A DNA stretch of 64,000 nucleotides from Eledone cirrhosa (Eukaryota): the NCBI GenBank assembly GCA_964016885.1, contig OZ024744.1, positions 65,658,001-65,722,000 on the forward strand, read 5' to 3'. Numbering within the stretch: position 1 is the stretch's first letter; every line of letters begins with the position of its first letter. The notes beneath the pieces are model-generated. The model saw only the letters and a program-made list of their open reading frames with translations. It was not told where the DNA came from and did no database searches. This document shows positions 38,301 through 50,400 of this stretch, piece by piece. The translations under genes and the position numbers were made by a program.

Positions 38301-39382
38301 GATTCTTTAAAGGTGAAAAGGATTGACATAAGTGGATTACACAGTGGATTTTTGTTATGGTGCCAGTATGACCACTTGACATGATACATACATGTTTGTA
38401 TGTGTGTTTGTGTGTGTGTGTGTGTGGCATTCCTGGTGTTGTTGTGTGTCATTGAACAAGATATATATTTTTTGTTGTTGTTCCAGTCCACTCAACTGAC
38501 CAAACCAAAATCAGCTTGCCACACATGGTGTCATGCTGAATCTCCCTGAGAAATATGTTATGGGTACACGTGTCTGTAGGACGCTTGGCCAATAGCATGT
38601 TAATTTCACAAGCAGGCTGTTCCGTTGATCAAATAACTGAAACACTCTTCATAAGAGATGGGGCATTTGGGGTGGGGCGTGTGTGGTGGTGGTCCCCACT
38701 GCACATACACACATATACATATGTATGTGTGTATGTATGTATTTATATATATTCATACATATTCAACACATGTGTGGTAACAGACACATGCATACAATCA
38801 GACACACTCACATACTTAGAATTTACAGTAAAAGCCCCCCCCCCCCCCCACACACACGCAAAACAAAACTTTACAGACTTCACTTTACAAGACTCAGGGA
38901 CGTAGATTGAAGCCACGCACATTTACCAATTTCTTCGCTTCAACACACACACACACACAACCACACCCATGCTCCACCCCAGGTCCCCACCCCCTGACCA
39001 AACCTTTCAATCCCCTACCCTCCACCTCCTCCCAGGTTGGGCCTTTCAACCCCACATCTTTATTTTTTTTTTTCCTTCCCTAACCTTCTCAGACTAGTCT
39101 TACGTGTATCTGTTCCCTCCTTATCCAAACTTTCATGAAGGACTTCTGTCTGAAGCATTGCAACTTCCTCCACCTCCTCCAAGTGTGAACCTAATATAAC
39201 TGTTTAAAAATTGCCTCCTGTGTTTTGTTTGTTTCATTTATTAACTATCATAATCATCAGCATCACTGTTTAATGTCCATTTTTCTATGCTAGCATGGGT
39301 TAGACGCGTTGTTCTATTGTGGGCAATGTTAATCAGGTGACCATGTCTTGCTCATGCAGATACATATATATATATATATATA

Positions 39383-41325
39383 TGTAAAAGGTAAACAGAA
39401 ATAACAACACAATCGGTACAGTATATGGAAGGAATATATTAGTTTAGGCAATGTGTCAAGGAAAACCGTGATATTGTCGGGGAGAAGTGTGTACTTAACG
39501 ATGATGGCGTACTTGCCATCACTGACGCTGATAAGAAGGTAGCTTGGAAGTGTCACTACGAAAGGCTACTAAATGAGGAGAATAAATGGGAGAAAGACAG
39601 TCTCCCCCACATCGATCCAATAGAGGGACCAGCAGTGTTAGTCGAAGGTAGTATAATAAGTAAGGCAATCATAGATATGAAGACGGGTAAGGCGGCTGGG
39701 CCTTCGGAAATAGTTGCTGAGATGCTGAAAGCCTCCGGTACGGTGGGACACACCATGGTCACCCGGATAGTAAACCAAGTCATACAGAATGAGGTTGTTC
39801 CGAAGGACTGGCGTAGCAGCATCATCGTTAACTGTTACAAGGGTAAAGGAGACGCCCTAGATAGGAGTAACTATAGAGGCATTAAATTAATCGACCAGGT
39901 CATGAAGGTCACGGAAAAAGTAATAGCGCAACTAATCAGAGAGAGAATTGATCTAGATGAAATGCAGTTCGGGTTTGTGTCAGGCAAAAGTACCACAGAC
40001 GCTCTTTTCATTGTACGACAACTACAGGAGAAGTACCTAGCTAAAAGTAAACCCCTATACTTAGCTTTTGTCGACTTGGAGAAAGCCTTCGACAGAGTCC
40101 TCCGTTCCATTATCTGGTGGGCTCTTAGAAAACTAGGTGTTGACGAATGGCTTGTGAGAGCTATACAAGCCATGTATAAAGAAACAGTCAGCAAGGTTAG
40201 AATTAACAACGAATATAGTGAAGAGTTTAGCGTAAAAGTTGGTGTCCATCAGGGCTCTGTTCTTAGCCCCCTACTATTTATTATTGCCCTTCAGGCTATA
40301 ACAGAGGAGTTCAAGACCGGCTGCCCATGGGATCTCCTATACGTAGATGATCTAACGCTCATAGCTGAATCAATGGCCGAGCTAGAGAACAAATTCCAAA
40401 CATGGAAGCACGGCCTAGAATCAAAAGGCCTTAAAATTAACCTGGCTAGTTTGTAGGAAAGAAAATAAGGCGCCGGTCCCCTCCGGGAAATGGCCATGCT
40501 CAGTGTGTAGGAAAGGCGTAGGTAGAAACTCAATTTTATGTCCCAAATGCAAAGTATGGGTGCATTAAAGATGTAGTGGGATCACAGGTAAGTTAACTAA
40601 GAACATAGATTTTACATGTGGCCGGTGCTCTGGTGCAATAAGTAGCAGCAAGTGCCCACAAAATACTAGCTCCTTCAACTGCGCAGAGGGTTCTATAGAA
40701 ATAGTGGACAGCTTCCGTTACCTGGGTGACAAAATCAGCAGTGGAGGAGGGTGCTCTGAAAGTACAGTAGCTAGAGTCAGAACTGGATGGAAAAAGTTTA
40801 GAGAGCTTATACCACTATTAGCCGCTAAAGGGTTCTCCCTAAAAATGAAAGGCAGGTTGTATGATGCCTGCATACGAACAGCAATGTTGCATGGCAGTGA
40901 GACCTGGGCATTGTGTGCAGAGGATATACGCAGACTAGAGAGGAACGAAGCTTGCATGCTCCGCTGGATGTGTAATAGTAATATACGTGAACGGCAAAGC
41001 ATAAACGAACTAAGGAAAAAATTAGAAATAAGAGGGATCAGATGCTTACTCGAGAGAAGGCTACGTTGGTATGGTCACGTGATGCGCATGAAAGACGACA
41101 GCTGTATAACAAAGTGCAGGGCAATAAAGATAGATGGTAGCCACGGAGTAGGCAGACCCAGGAAAACCTGGGACGAGCTGATAAATTCCGACCTCACACA
41201 CTTACACCTCTCCAAGACAATGTCACTGGACCGAGACCTTTGGCGGTACTCAGTAACAGAGAAGACCCGCCTTACCTAAATACAAAGTAAAACCTACTAC
41301 AGTCAGTAGGCATCTCTAACAAAAT
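39383..41325 (+). mobile_element. Youngest RTE LINE copy in the window (5'-truncated; RT plus C-terminus)
   Basis: ORFs 39635-40456 (KAAGPSEI, YRGIKL, QFGF, FVDLEKAFD, GVHQGSVLSPLLF, LYVDD) and 40704-41279 (FRYLGD, HGSETW, GRPRKTW); (TA)n on both sides. Confidence 0.95.
39635..41279 (+). pseudogene. RTE ORF2 reverse transcriptase, broken near 40450 (deletion/frameshift) and 40567 (stop)
   Basis: Contiguous RT motifs. The segment between the two ORFs reads GKWPCSVCRKGVGRNSILCPKCKVWVH*RCSG..FTCGRC. Confidence 0.9.
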
Positions 41326-42100
41326 ACATATATATATATATGTGTGTGTGTGTGTGTACACATACACAGATGAAGATTTAAAGGTAAAACAACAGTGATT
41401 GAGTTGTTGTGGATGTATGAGATACACAGAACAAACATCTTTATATTGAGGTATGTCTTCTTTGGTGTCAGTATATGTTTTTGTCAGTGTATGTGTGTGC
41501 ATGCATGCGCAACTGTATGTATGCATATTAGATACTGGAAATGTGTATTAATAGGCTTATTGTGTGTAAATATTTTTGTTGTGTGTGTGTTTGTGAGAAT
41601 GGGGAGGTTTGAAGTAAGAGCATTGCTATTTTCGTTTTTCATTTTTTTTTGTGCATATTCTTTTACATAATGTGTGAACACACGCACACACACATACACA
41701 CATGCACACACACGCACACACACATATACATTCAAACACACAAATATTAGCTAAATCCATATTATAGTTTTATAAATAGGTATTGCATACTTTCAATATT
41801 TTTGTTTGTTTTTTGTTGTTTTTTTGGTGGTGGTGTGTTTTTTTTTTTATTTTTTTTTTTTTTACAAGTGTTTGCTGACTCTTTCTTCCTCTATCCCTAC
41901 ACATACACATGTGTACTCACTTACTCACATACACATGTACACAAACACACACATTCATTCACACCATATTCTGTAATTAAGAAAGGTCTGACTGTTTTAA
42001 ATCCAGTCAGTAGGTAGCACAGAATCAATGTTGCCTTCAAGGCTGGGTGCTGCAAATGTCAGTCAATGGTGGACTTCTGTTGTACCTTCATCTATTTCAA

Positions 42101-42716
42101 ACACACACACTCATATATGTCCACACTTGCACGCACACACACACACATACACACACTCATATATGTCCACACTTGCACGCACACACATACACACACACAC
42201 ACTCATATATGTCCACACTTGCACGCACACACATACACACACGCACACTCATATATGTCCACACTTGCACGCACACACATACACACACACACACTCATAT
42301 ATGTCCACACTTGCACGCACACACATACACACACACACACTCATATATGTCCACACTTGCACGCACACACATACACACACTCATATATGTCCACACTTGC
42401 ACGCACACACATACATACACACACACTCATATATGTCCACACTTGCACGCACACACATACACACACACACTCATATATGTTCACATTTGCACGCACACAC
42501 ATACACACACACTCATATGTTCAGACTTGCACGCACACACATACATACACACACACACACTCATATATGTTCACACTTGCACGCACACACATACACACAC
42601 ACACACTCATATGTTCACACTTGCACGCACACACATACACACACACACTCATATATGTTCACACTTGCACACACACACACACATATATGTTCACACTTGC
42701 ACGCACACACATATAT

Positions 42717-42794
<78 letters not shown>

Positions 42795-43679
42795 TTGTAT
42801 ATACATTCATATATATTATATATATATATACTTACATATAATCATACATACTTACATATAATCATACATACTTGCATACAATCATACATACATACTTACA
42901 TACATACTTACATACATACACATACTTACATACATACATACACATACTTACATACATACATACACATACTTACATACATACATACACAAACATACACATA
43001 CATACATACACATACTTACATACATACACATACTTACATACATACACATCCATACACATACATACTTACATACATACATGCACATACATACGCATACATA
43101 CTTACATACATACACATACATACACATGCATACTTACATACATACATGCATACACATACATACACATACATACTTACATACATACACATACACATACATA
43201 CTTACATACACATACATACTTACATACACATACATACTTACATACACATACATACTTACATACACATACATACTTAAAGACACATGCATACTTACATACT
43301 TACACATACATACTTACGTACATACACATACATACTTATGTACATACACATAGATACTTACGTACATACACATACATACTTACGTACATACACACGTACA
43401 TACACATACTTATGTACATACACATACATACTTACATAAACATGCATACTTATACATACATACTTACGTACATAGACATATATACTTATGTACAGACACA
43501 TACAAACTTTTGTTCATACTTACGTACATACACATACATACTTACATACATATGCATACATACTAACATACACATACATACTTACATACACATGCATACT
43601 TACATACTTACACATACATACTTACGTACATACACATACATACTTACGTACATACACATACATACTTATGTACATACAA

Positions 43680-43730
<51 letters not shown>
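42101..43730. repeat. CA-rich minisatellite (~36-40 bp, CTCATATATGTCCACACTTGCACGCA(CA)n), then TACA/CATACTTA tract and (CA)n
   Basis: Direct inspection; source of the His/Thr-rich ORFs. Confidence 0.92.
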
Positions 43731-44764
<1,034 letters not shown>

Positions 44765-45029
44765 CAACTTCCTTATTGTTTTGTTTGCTCTTTTCTTTTG
44801 TTGTAACCTCAACTGTGTATATATGTGTGTGTATATAATAATAATTGTTTCTACTTTTGGCAGAAGGCCAGCAATTACCCAGTACATTACTGGTACTTTA
44901 TTTTATCGACCTCGTAAGGATGAAAGGCAAAGTTAACCTCGGCGGGATTTGATATATAATAATAATAATAATAATAATTGTTTCTACTTTTGGCACAAGG
45001 CCAGCAATTACCAGTGTATTATTGGTAAT

Positions 45030-45250
45030 AATAATGAAAATTATTGTGTACAGTGCTCAGGTGCACTACAACTCAACAAAAGTTCATGTATAGTACATAA
45101 AATAATGTACAAATGTCAGGAAAGTGAACAGTGTATGAGTCATGAAATACATGTGTGTATGTCTATGGAGGGGGAATATCAGGTGTAGTGTTGGCGAATT
45201 TCAGGAAGCATGGAGGTTTTAAAGGATGCAGTGTCTCAGCAGCTAACAAC
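45030..45250 (-). mobile_element. Possible CR1/L2-like LINE 3' end
   Basis: Minus strand reads VVSC*DTASFKTSML..., resembling a CR1 ORF2 terminus, then a UTR ending in (TTA)n. Confidence 0.4.
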
Positions 45251-45317
45251 ATATTCAGTTTTATGTCCATTTTTCCTCGCTAACATGGGTTAGATGAGTT
45301 GTTCTGTTGTGGGCAAT

Positions 45318-46185
45318 CGTTTAACATCAATCTTCCGCGCTAGCATGGGTTAGATGGGAATTGTCCCACTTGAGGCAAGATTGATCAGGTGACTGTCTCA
45401 CTTGTATAGGACTGTATCTGATAGGTTTTCTACAGCTGGATGCCCTTCCTAACACCAAAACCACATTCCCAGTGTGGACTGGGAGCTTTTTTACCGTATC
45501 TCCTACACAACCACTTTACAGCGTGGACTGGGTGCTTTTTTGTCGTGACACCTACACAACCTCTTTAGTTTGGACTGGATGTTGTGGTACAAACATAACT
45601 TTACAGAGAAAGGGTGGTGTGGGTGGTAGTGGGAGAATGGAGTTGAGGGGGGGGGGGGCCTACTGGCGGTAAGTTAACTTTATACGTAGGGAAGGCGGGT
45701 CTTCTGTATTGCTGCGTGGTGCTAAAGGTTTCGATCCAGTGACATTGTCTTAGAGAGGTATAAGTGTGCAAGGTTGAATTTTATCATATCGTCCCAGGTT
45801 TTTCTGGGTCTCTCTACTCCGTAACTTCCATCAATTTTTATCGCCCTGCACTTTTTTATACAGCTGTCGTCTTTCATGCGTATCACATGACCATACCAAC
45901 GTAATCTCTCAAGTAAACAGCATCTGATCCCTCTTATTCCTAATTTCTCACTTAGTTCGTTATGTTTTGCCGTTTGTGTATATATTACACATCCAACGGA
46001 GCATGCATGCTTTGTTCCTTTCCAATATGTGCAGTTCCTCTACACACAATGCCCATGTCTCACTGCCATGTAACATTGCTGTTCATATACAGGCATCATA
46101 CAATCTGCCTTTCATTTTTAGAGAGAAACCTTTTGTGGCCAACAGCGGTATAAGCTCTCTGAACTTTCTCTACTGTACTTTCAGA
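45318..46185 (-). mobile_element. RTE LINE 3' fragment with UTR, same subfamily as 223-891
   Basis: Reverse complement closely matches 223-870 (GAAGACCCGCCTT..CTACGT..AAAGTTAAC). Confidence 0.85.
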
Positions 46186-46215
46186 GCATATATCTATATA
46201 TTTGTATCTCTCTCT

Positions 46216-46574
46216 CTCTCTGTATATATATATATGGAGGCACATGGCTTAGTGGTTAGAGCATTGGGCTTGCAATCGAAAGGTTGTGAGTTCAATTCTC
46301 AGACCGGGTGATGTGTTGTTTCCTTGAGCAAGACACTTTATTTGACATTGCTCCAGTTTACTCAGCTGTAGAAATGAGATGATAGGACTGGGTTCCCTAT
46401 CATTCCACTACAAAGTGGTCGTGGAGGTGCCACGGCAAAAATGCACCCAGCACTCACTGTAAATGAGGTTGGTGTTAGGAAGGGCATCCAGCTGTAGAAA
46501 TCAAGCCATAATCAGTAATCAGTTCCCATCCCACCTTTGCAAGCAGGGAAAAGCGGACGTAAAATGATGATGAT
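46216..46574 (+). mobile_element. Full-length tRNA-headed SINE: A/B boxes, Meta-like core, RTE-derived tail
   Basis: TGGCTTAGTGG (A box), GAGTTCAATTC (B box), core CCTTGAGCAAGACACTTTAT, tail GGAAGGGCATCCAGCTGTAGAAA..GGACGTAAAA(TGA)n; TA runs on both sides. Confidence 0.85.
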
Positions 46575-46649
46575 ATATATTCACTTATGGCTAAGTAGTG
46601 AGTCTTGTTACTCTGGAGTTTTACCTGCGCACTCATAGGATCATCTGAT

Positions 46650-46676
<27 letters not shown>

Positions 46677-46683
<7 letters not shown>

Positions 46684-47008
46684 TTCAAAATATTAATAAA
46701 TGAAAAATATTCTCATAACCAAAATATATATTTTATTATACATATTTCAAGGTACAATGGTGTTTGAATATGTTTTCATCAGATAAAATATATGATAGAT
46801 TGGATATGCAACATACCGCTAAGGTTTTGATTATTCAATAGAGGAATTGAATATTCAAAACCTTAGCGGTATGTCGCATATCCAATCTCTTATATATTTT
46901 ATCTGATGAAAACGTACTGAAACACCATTGTACCTTGAAATATGTATAATAAAATATATATTTTGGTTATGAAAATAATTTTCATTTATTAATATTTTGA
47001 ATAATATT
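46677..47008. repeat. Near-perfect palindrome: ~163-bp arms with a 6-nt loop (AGAGGA)
   Basis: 46677-46839 is the reverse complement of 46846-47008 (e.g. CATACCGCTAAGGTTTTGA / TCAAAACCTTAGCGGTATG). Confidence 0.95.
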
Positions 47009-47178
47009 CAATATTCTAGATAAATTCCTGTCGAGTACTTCTAATCTATTGTAAAATTGAATTTGTTGAATAATCAACGAACCATGTATATATATATATA
47101 AATTCTTGCATCATACTACTGTACAACACACACACACACTCAATTTGATATTCATCATAGTTTTCTTCAGGTTCAGTG

Positions 47179-47316
47179 CATCATCATCACCACCACCACC
47201 ACCATCATCACCACCACCACCATCATCACCACCACCATCATCACCACCACCATCATCACCACCACCATCATCACCACCACCATCATCACCACCACCATCA
47301 TCACCACCACCATCAT
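47179..47316. repeat. (CCACCACCATCATCA)n 15-mer array
   Basis: Direct inspection; about 9 units. Confidence 0.92.
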
Positions 47317-47411
47317 GACCAGTCACATTTGTAGTATCATCATTATACTTTTATATCCTTATAATTATAACCACGATTATCATTAGTGTTTTCATCATTA
47401 ATACCATCATC

Positions 47412-50400
47412 TTAGTAGTGGTGGTGGTGTTAGTGGTAGTGGTGTTAATGGTGGTTGTGTTAGTGGTGCTGGTTGTGTTAGTGGTGGTGGTGGTAGTGGT
47501 GTTAGTGGTGGTGGTGTTAGTGGTGGTGGTGTTACTGGTGGTGGTGTTAATGGTGGTTGTGTTAGTGGTGGTGGCGGTAGTGGTGTTAGTGGTGGTGGTG
47601 TTAGTGGTGGTGGTGTTAGTGGTGGTGGTGTTACTGGTAGTGGTGTTAATGGTGGTTGTGTTAGTGGTGGTGGTTGTGTTAGTGGTGGTGGCGGTAGTGG
47701 TGGTGGTGGTGTTAGTGGTGGTGGTGTTAGTGGTGGTGGTGTTAGTGGTGGTGGTGTTAGTGGTGGTGGTGTTAGTGGTGGTGGTGTTACTGGTGGTGGT
47801 GTTAATGGTGGTTGTGTTAGTGGTGGTGGTTGTGGTGGTGGTGTTAGTGGTGGTGGTGTTAGTGGTGGTGGTGTTACTGGTGGTTGTGTTAGTGGTGGTG
47901 GTGTTAGTGGTGGTGGTTGTGTTAGTGGTGGTTGTGTTAGTGGTGGTGTTGGTGGTGGTGTTAGTGGTGGTGGTGTTAGTGGTGGTGGCGTTACTGGTAG
48001 TGGCGTTAGTGGTGGTGGTGTTAGTGGTGGTGGTGTTAGTGGTGGTGGTGTTAGTGGTGGTTGTGTTAGTGGTGGTTGTGTTAGTGGTGGTGGTGTTAGT
48101 GGTGGTGGTGTTAGTGGTGGTGGTGTTAGTGGTGGTGGTGTTGGTGGTGGTGGTGTTAGTGGTGGTGGTGTTAGTGGTGGTGGTGTTACTGGTGGTTGTG
48201 TTAGTGGTGGTTGTGTTAGTGGTGGTTGTGTTAGTGGTGGTGTTGGTGGTGGTGTTAGTGGTGGTGGTGTTAGTGGTGGTGGCGTTACTGGTAGTGGCGT
48301 TAGTGGTGGTGGTGTTAGTGGTGGTGGTGTTAGTGGTGGTGGTGTTAGTGGTGGTTGTGTTAGTGGTGGTTGTGTTAGTGGTGGTGGTGTTAGTGGTGGT
48401 GGTGTTAGTGGTGGTGGTGTTAGTGGTGGTGGTGTTGGTGGTGGTGGTGTTAGTGGTGGTGGTGTTAGTGGTGGTGGTGTTAGTGGTGGTGGTGTTTGTG
48501 GTGGTGGTGTTTGTGGTGGTGGTGTTTGTGGTGATGGTGGTCTTAGTCGCGGATGTGTTGGTGGTGGTGTTAGTGGTGGTGGTGGTCTTAGTGGCGGTTG
48601 TGTTAGTGTTGGCGGTGGTGTTAGTGGGGTTTGTGTTAGTGGTGGTGGTGGTGGTGGTGTTAGTGGTGGTGTTAGTGGTAGGTGTGTTATTGGTTGTTGT
48701 GGTGGTGGTGTTAGTGGTAGTGGTCTTAGTGGTGGTGGCGTTAGTGGTGGTTGTGTTAGTGGTGGTGGCGTTAGTGGTGGTTGTGTTAGTGGTGGTGGCG
48801 TTAGTGGTGGTCGTATTAGTGGTAGTGGTGGTCATGTTACTGGTGGTTGTGTTAGTGGTGGTTGTGTTAGTGGTGGTTGTGTTAGTGGTGGTTGTGTTAG
48901 TGGTGGTTGTGTTAGTGGTGGTTGTGTTAGTGGTGGTTGTGTTAGTGGTGGTTGTGTTAGTGGTGGTTGTGTTAGTGGTGGTGGTGGTGTTGGTGTTAGT
49001 GGTGGTTGTGTTAGTGGTGGTGGTGTTAGTGGTGGTGGTGGTGGTGTTAGTGGTGGTGGTGTTAGTGGTGGTTGTGTTAGTGGTGGTGGTGTTAGTGGTG
49101 GTTGTGTTAGTGGTGGTTGTGTTAGTGGTGGTCGTGTTAGTGGTGGTGGTGGTGGTGGTGGTGTTAGTGGTGGTGGTGTTAGTGGTGGTCGTGTTAGTGG
49201 TGGTTGTGTTAGTGGTGGTTGTGTTAGTGGTGGTTGTGTTATTGGTGGTGGAGTTAGTGGTGGTGGAGTTAGTGGTGGTCGTGTTAGTGGTGGTCGTGTT
49301 AGTGGTGGTTGTGTTAGTGGTGGTCGTGTTAGTGGTGGTGGTGGTGGTGGTGGTGTTAGTGGTGGTCGTGTTAGTGGTGGTTGTGTTAGTGGTGGTTGTG
49401 TTAGTGGTGGTTGTGTTATTGGTGGTGGAGTTAGTGGTGGTGGAGTTAGTGGTGGTGGAGTTAGTGGTGGTGGAGTTAGTGGTGGTCGTGTTAGTGGTGG
49501 TCGTGTTAGTGGTGGTCGTGTTAGTGGTGGTCGTGTTAGTGGTGGTCGTGTTAGTGGTGGTCGTGTTAGTGGTGGTCGTGTTAGTGGTGGTGGTGTTAGT
49601 GGTGGTTGTGTTAGTGGTGGTGGTGTTAGTGGTGGTTGTGTTAGTGGTGGTTGTGTTAGTGGTGGTCGTGTTAGTGGTGGTGGTGGTGGTGGTGGTGTTA
49701 GTGGTGGTGGTGTTAGTGGTGGTCGTGTTAGTGGTGGTTGTGTTAGTGGTGGTTGTGTTAGTGGTGGTCGTGTTAGTGGTGGTCGTGTTAGTGGTGGTCG
49801 TGTTAGTGGTGGTCGTGTTAGTGGTGGTGGTGTTAGTGGTGGTTGTGTTAGTGGTGGTGGTGTTAGTGGTGGTTGTGTTAGTGGTGGTTGTGTTAGTGGT
49901 GGTCGTGTTAGTGGTGGTCGTGTTAGTGGTGGTTGTGTTATTGGTGGTGGAGTTAGTGGTGGTGGAGTTAGTGGTGGTGGAGTTAGTGGTGGTCGTGTTA
50001 GTGGTGGTCGTGTTAGTGGTGGTCGTGTTAGTGGTGGTCGTGTTAGTGGTGGTCGTGTTAGTGGTGGTCGTGTTAGTGGTGGTGGTGTTAGTGGTGGTTG
50101 TGTTAGTGGTGGTGGTGTTAGTGGTGGTTGTGTTAGTGGTGGTTGTGTTAGTGGTGGTCGTGTTAGTGGTGGTGGTGGTGGTGGTGGTGTTAGTGGTGGT
50201 GGTGTTAGTGGTGGTCGTGTTAGTGGTGGTTGTGTTAGTGGTGGTTGTGTTAGTGGTGGTTGTGTTATTGGTGGTGGAGTTAGTGGTGGTGGAGTTAGTG
50301 GTGGTGGAGTTAGTGGTGGTCGTGTTAGTGGTGGTCGTGTTAGTGGTGGTCGTGTTAGTGGTGGTCGTGTTAGTGGTGGTCGTGTTGGTGGTGGTCGTGT

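Noticed and set aside
46216-46300. tRNA gene-like sequences (also 30909, 35058, 63261)
   Set aside because: A/B boxes run directly into SINE cores and no complete acceptor stem is visible; these are SINE heads.
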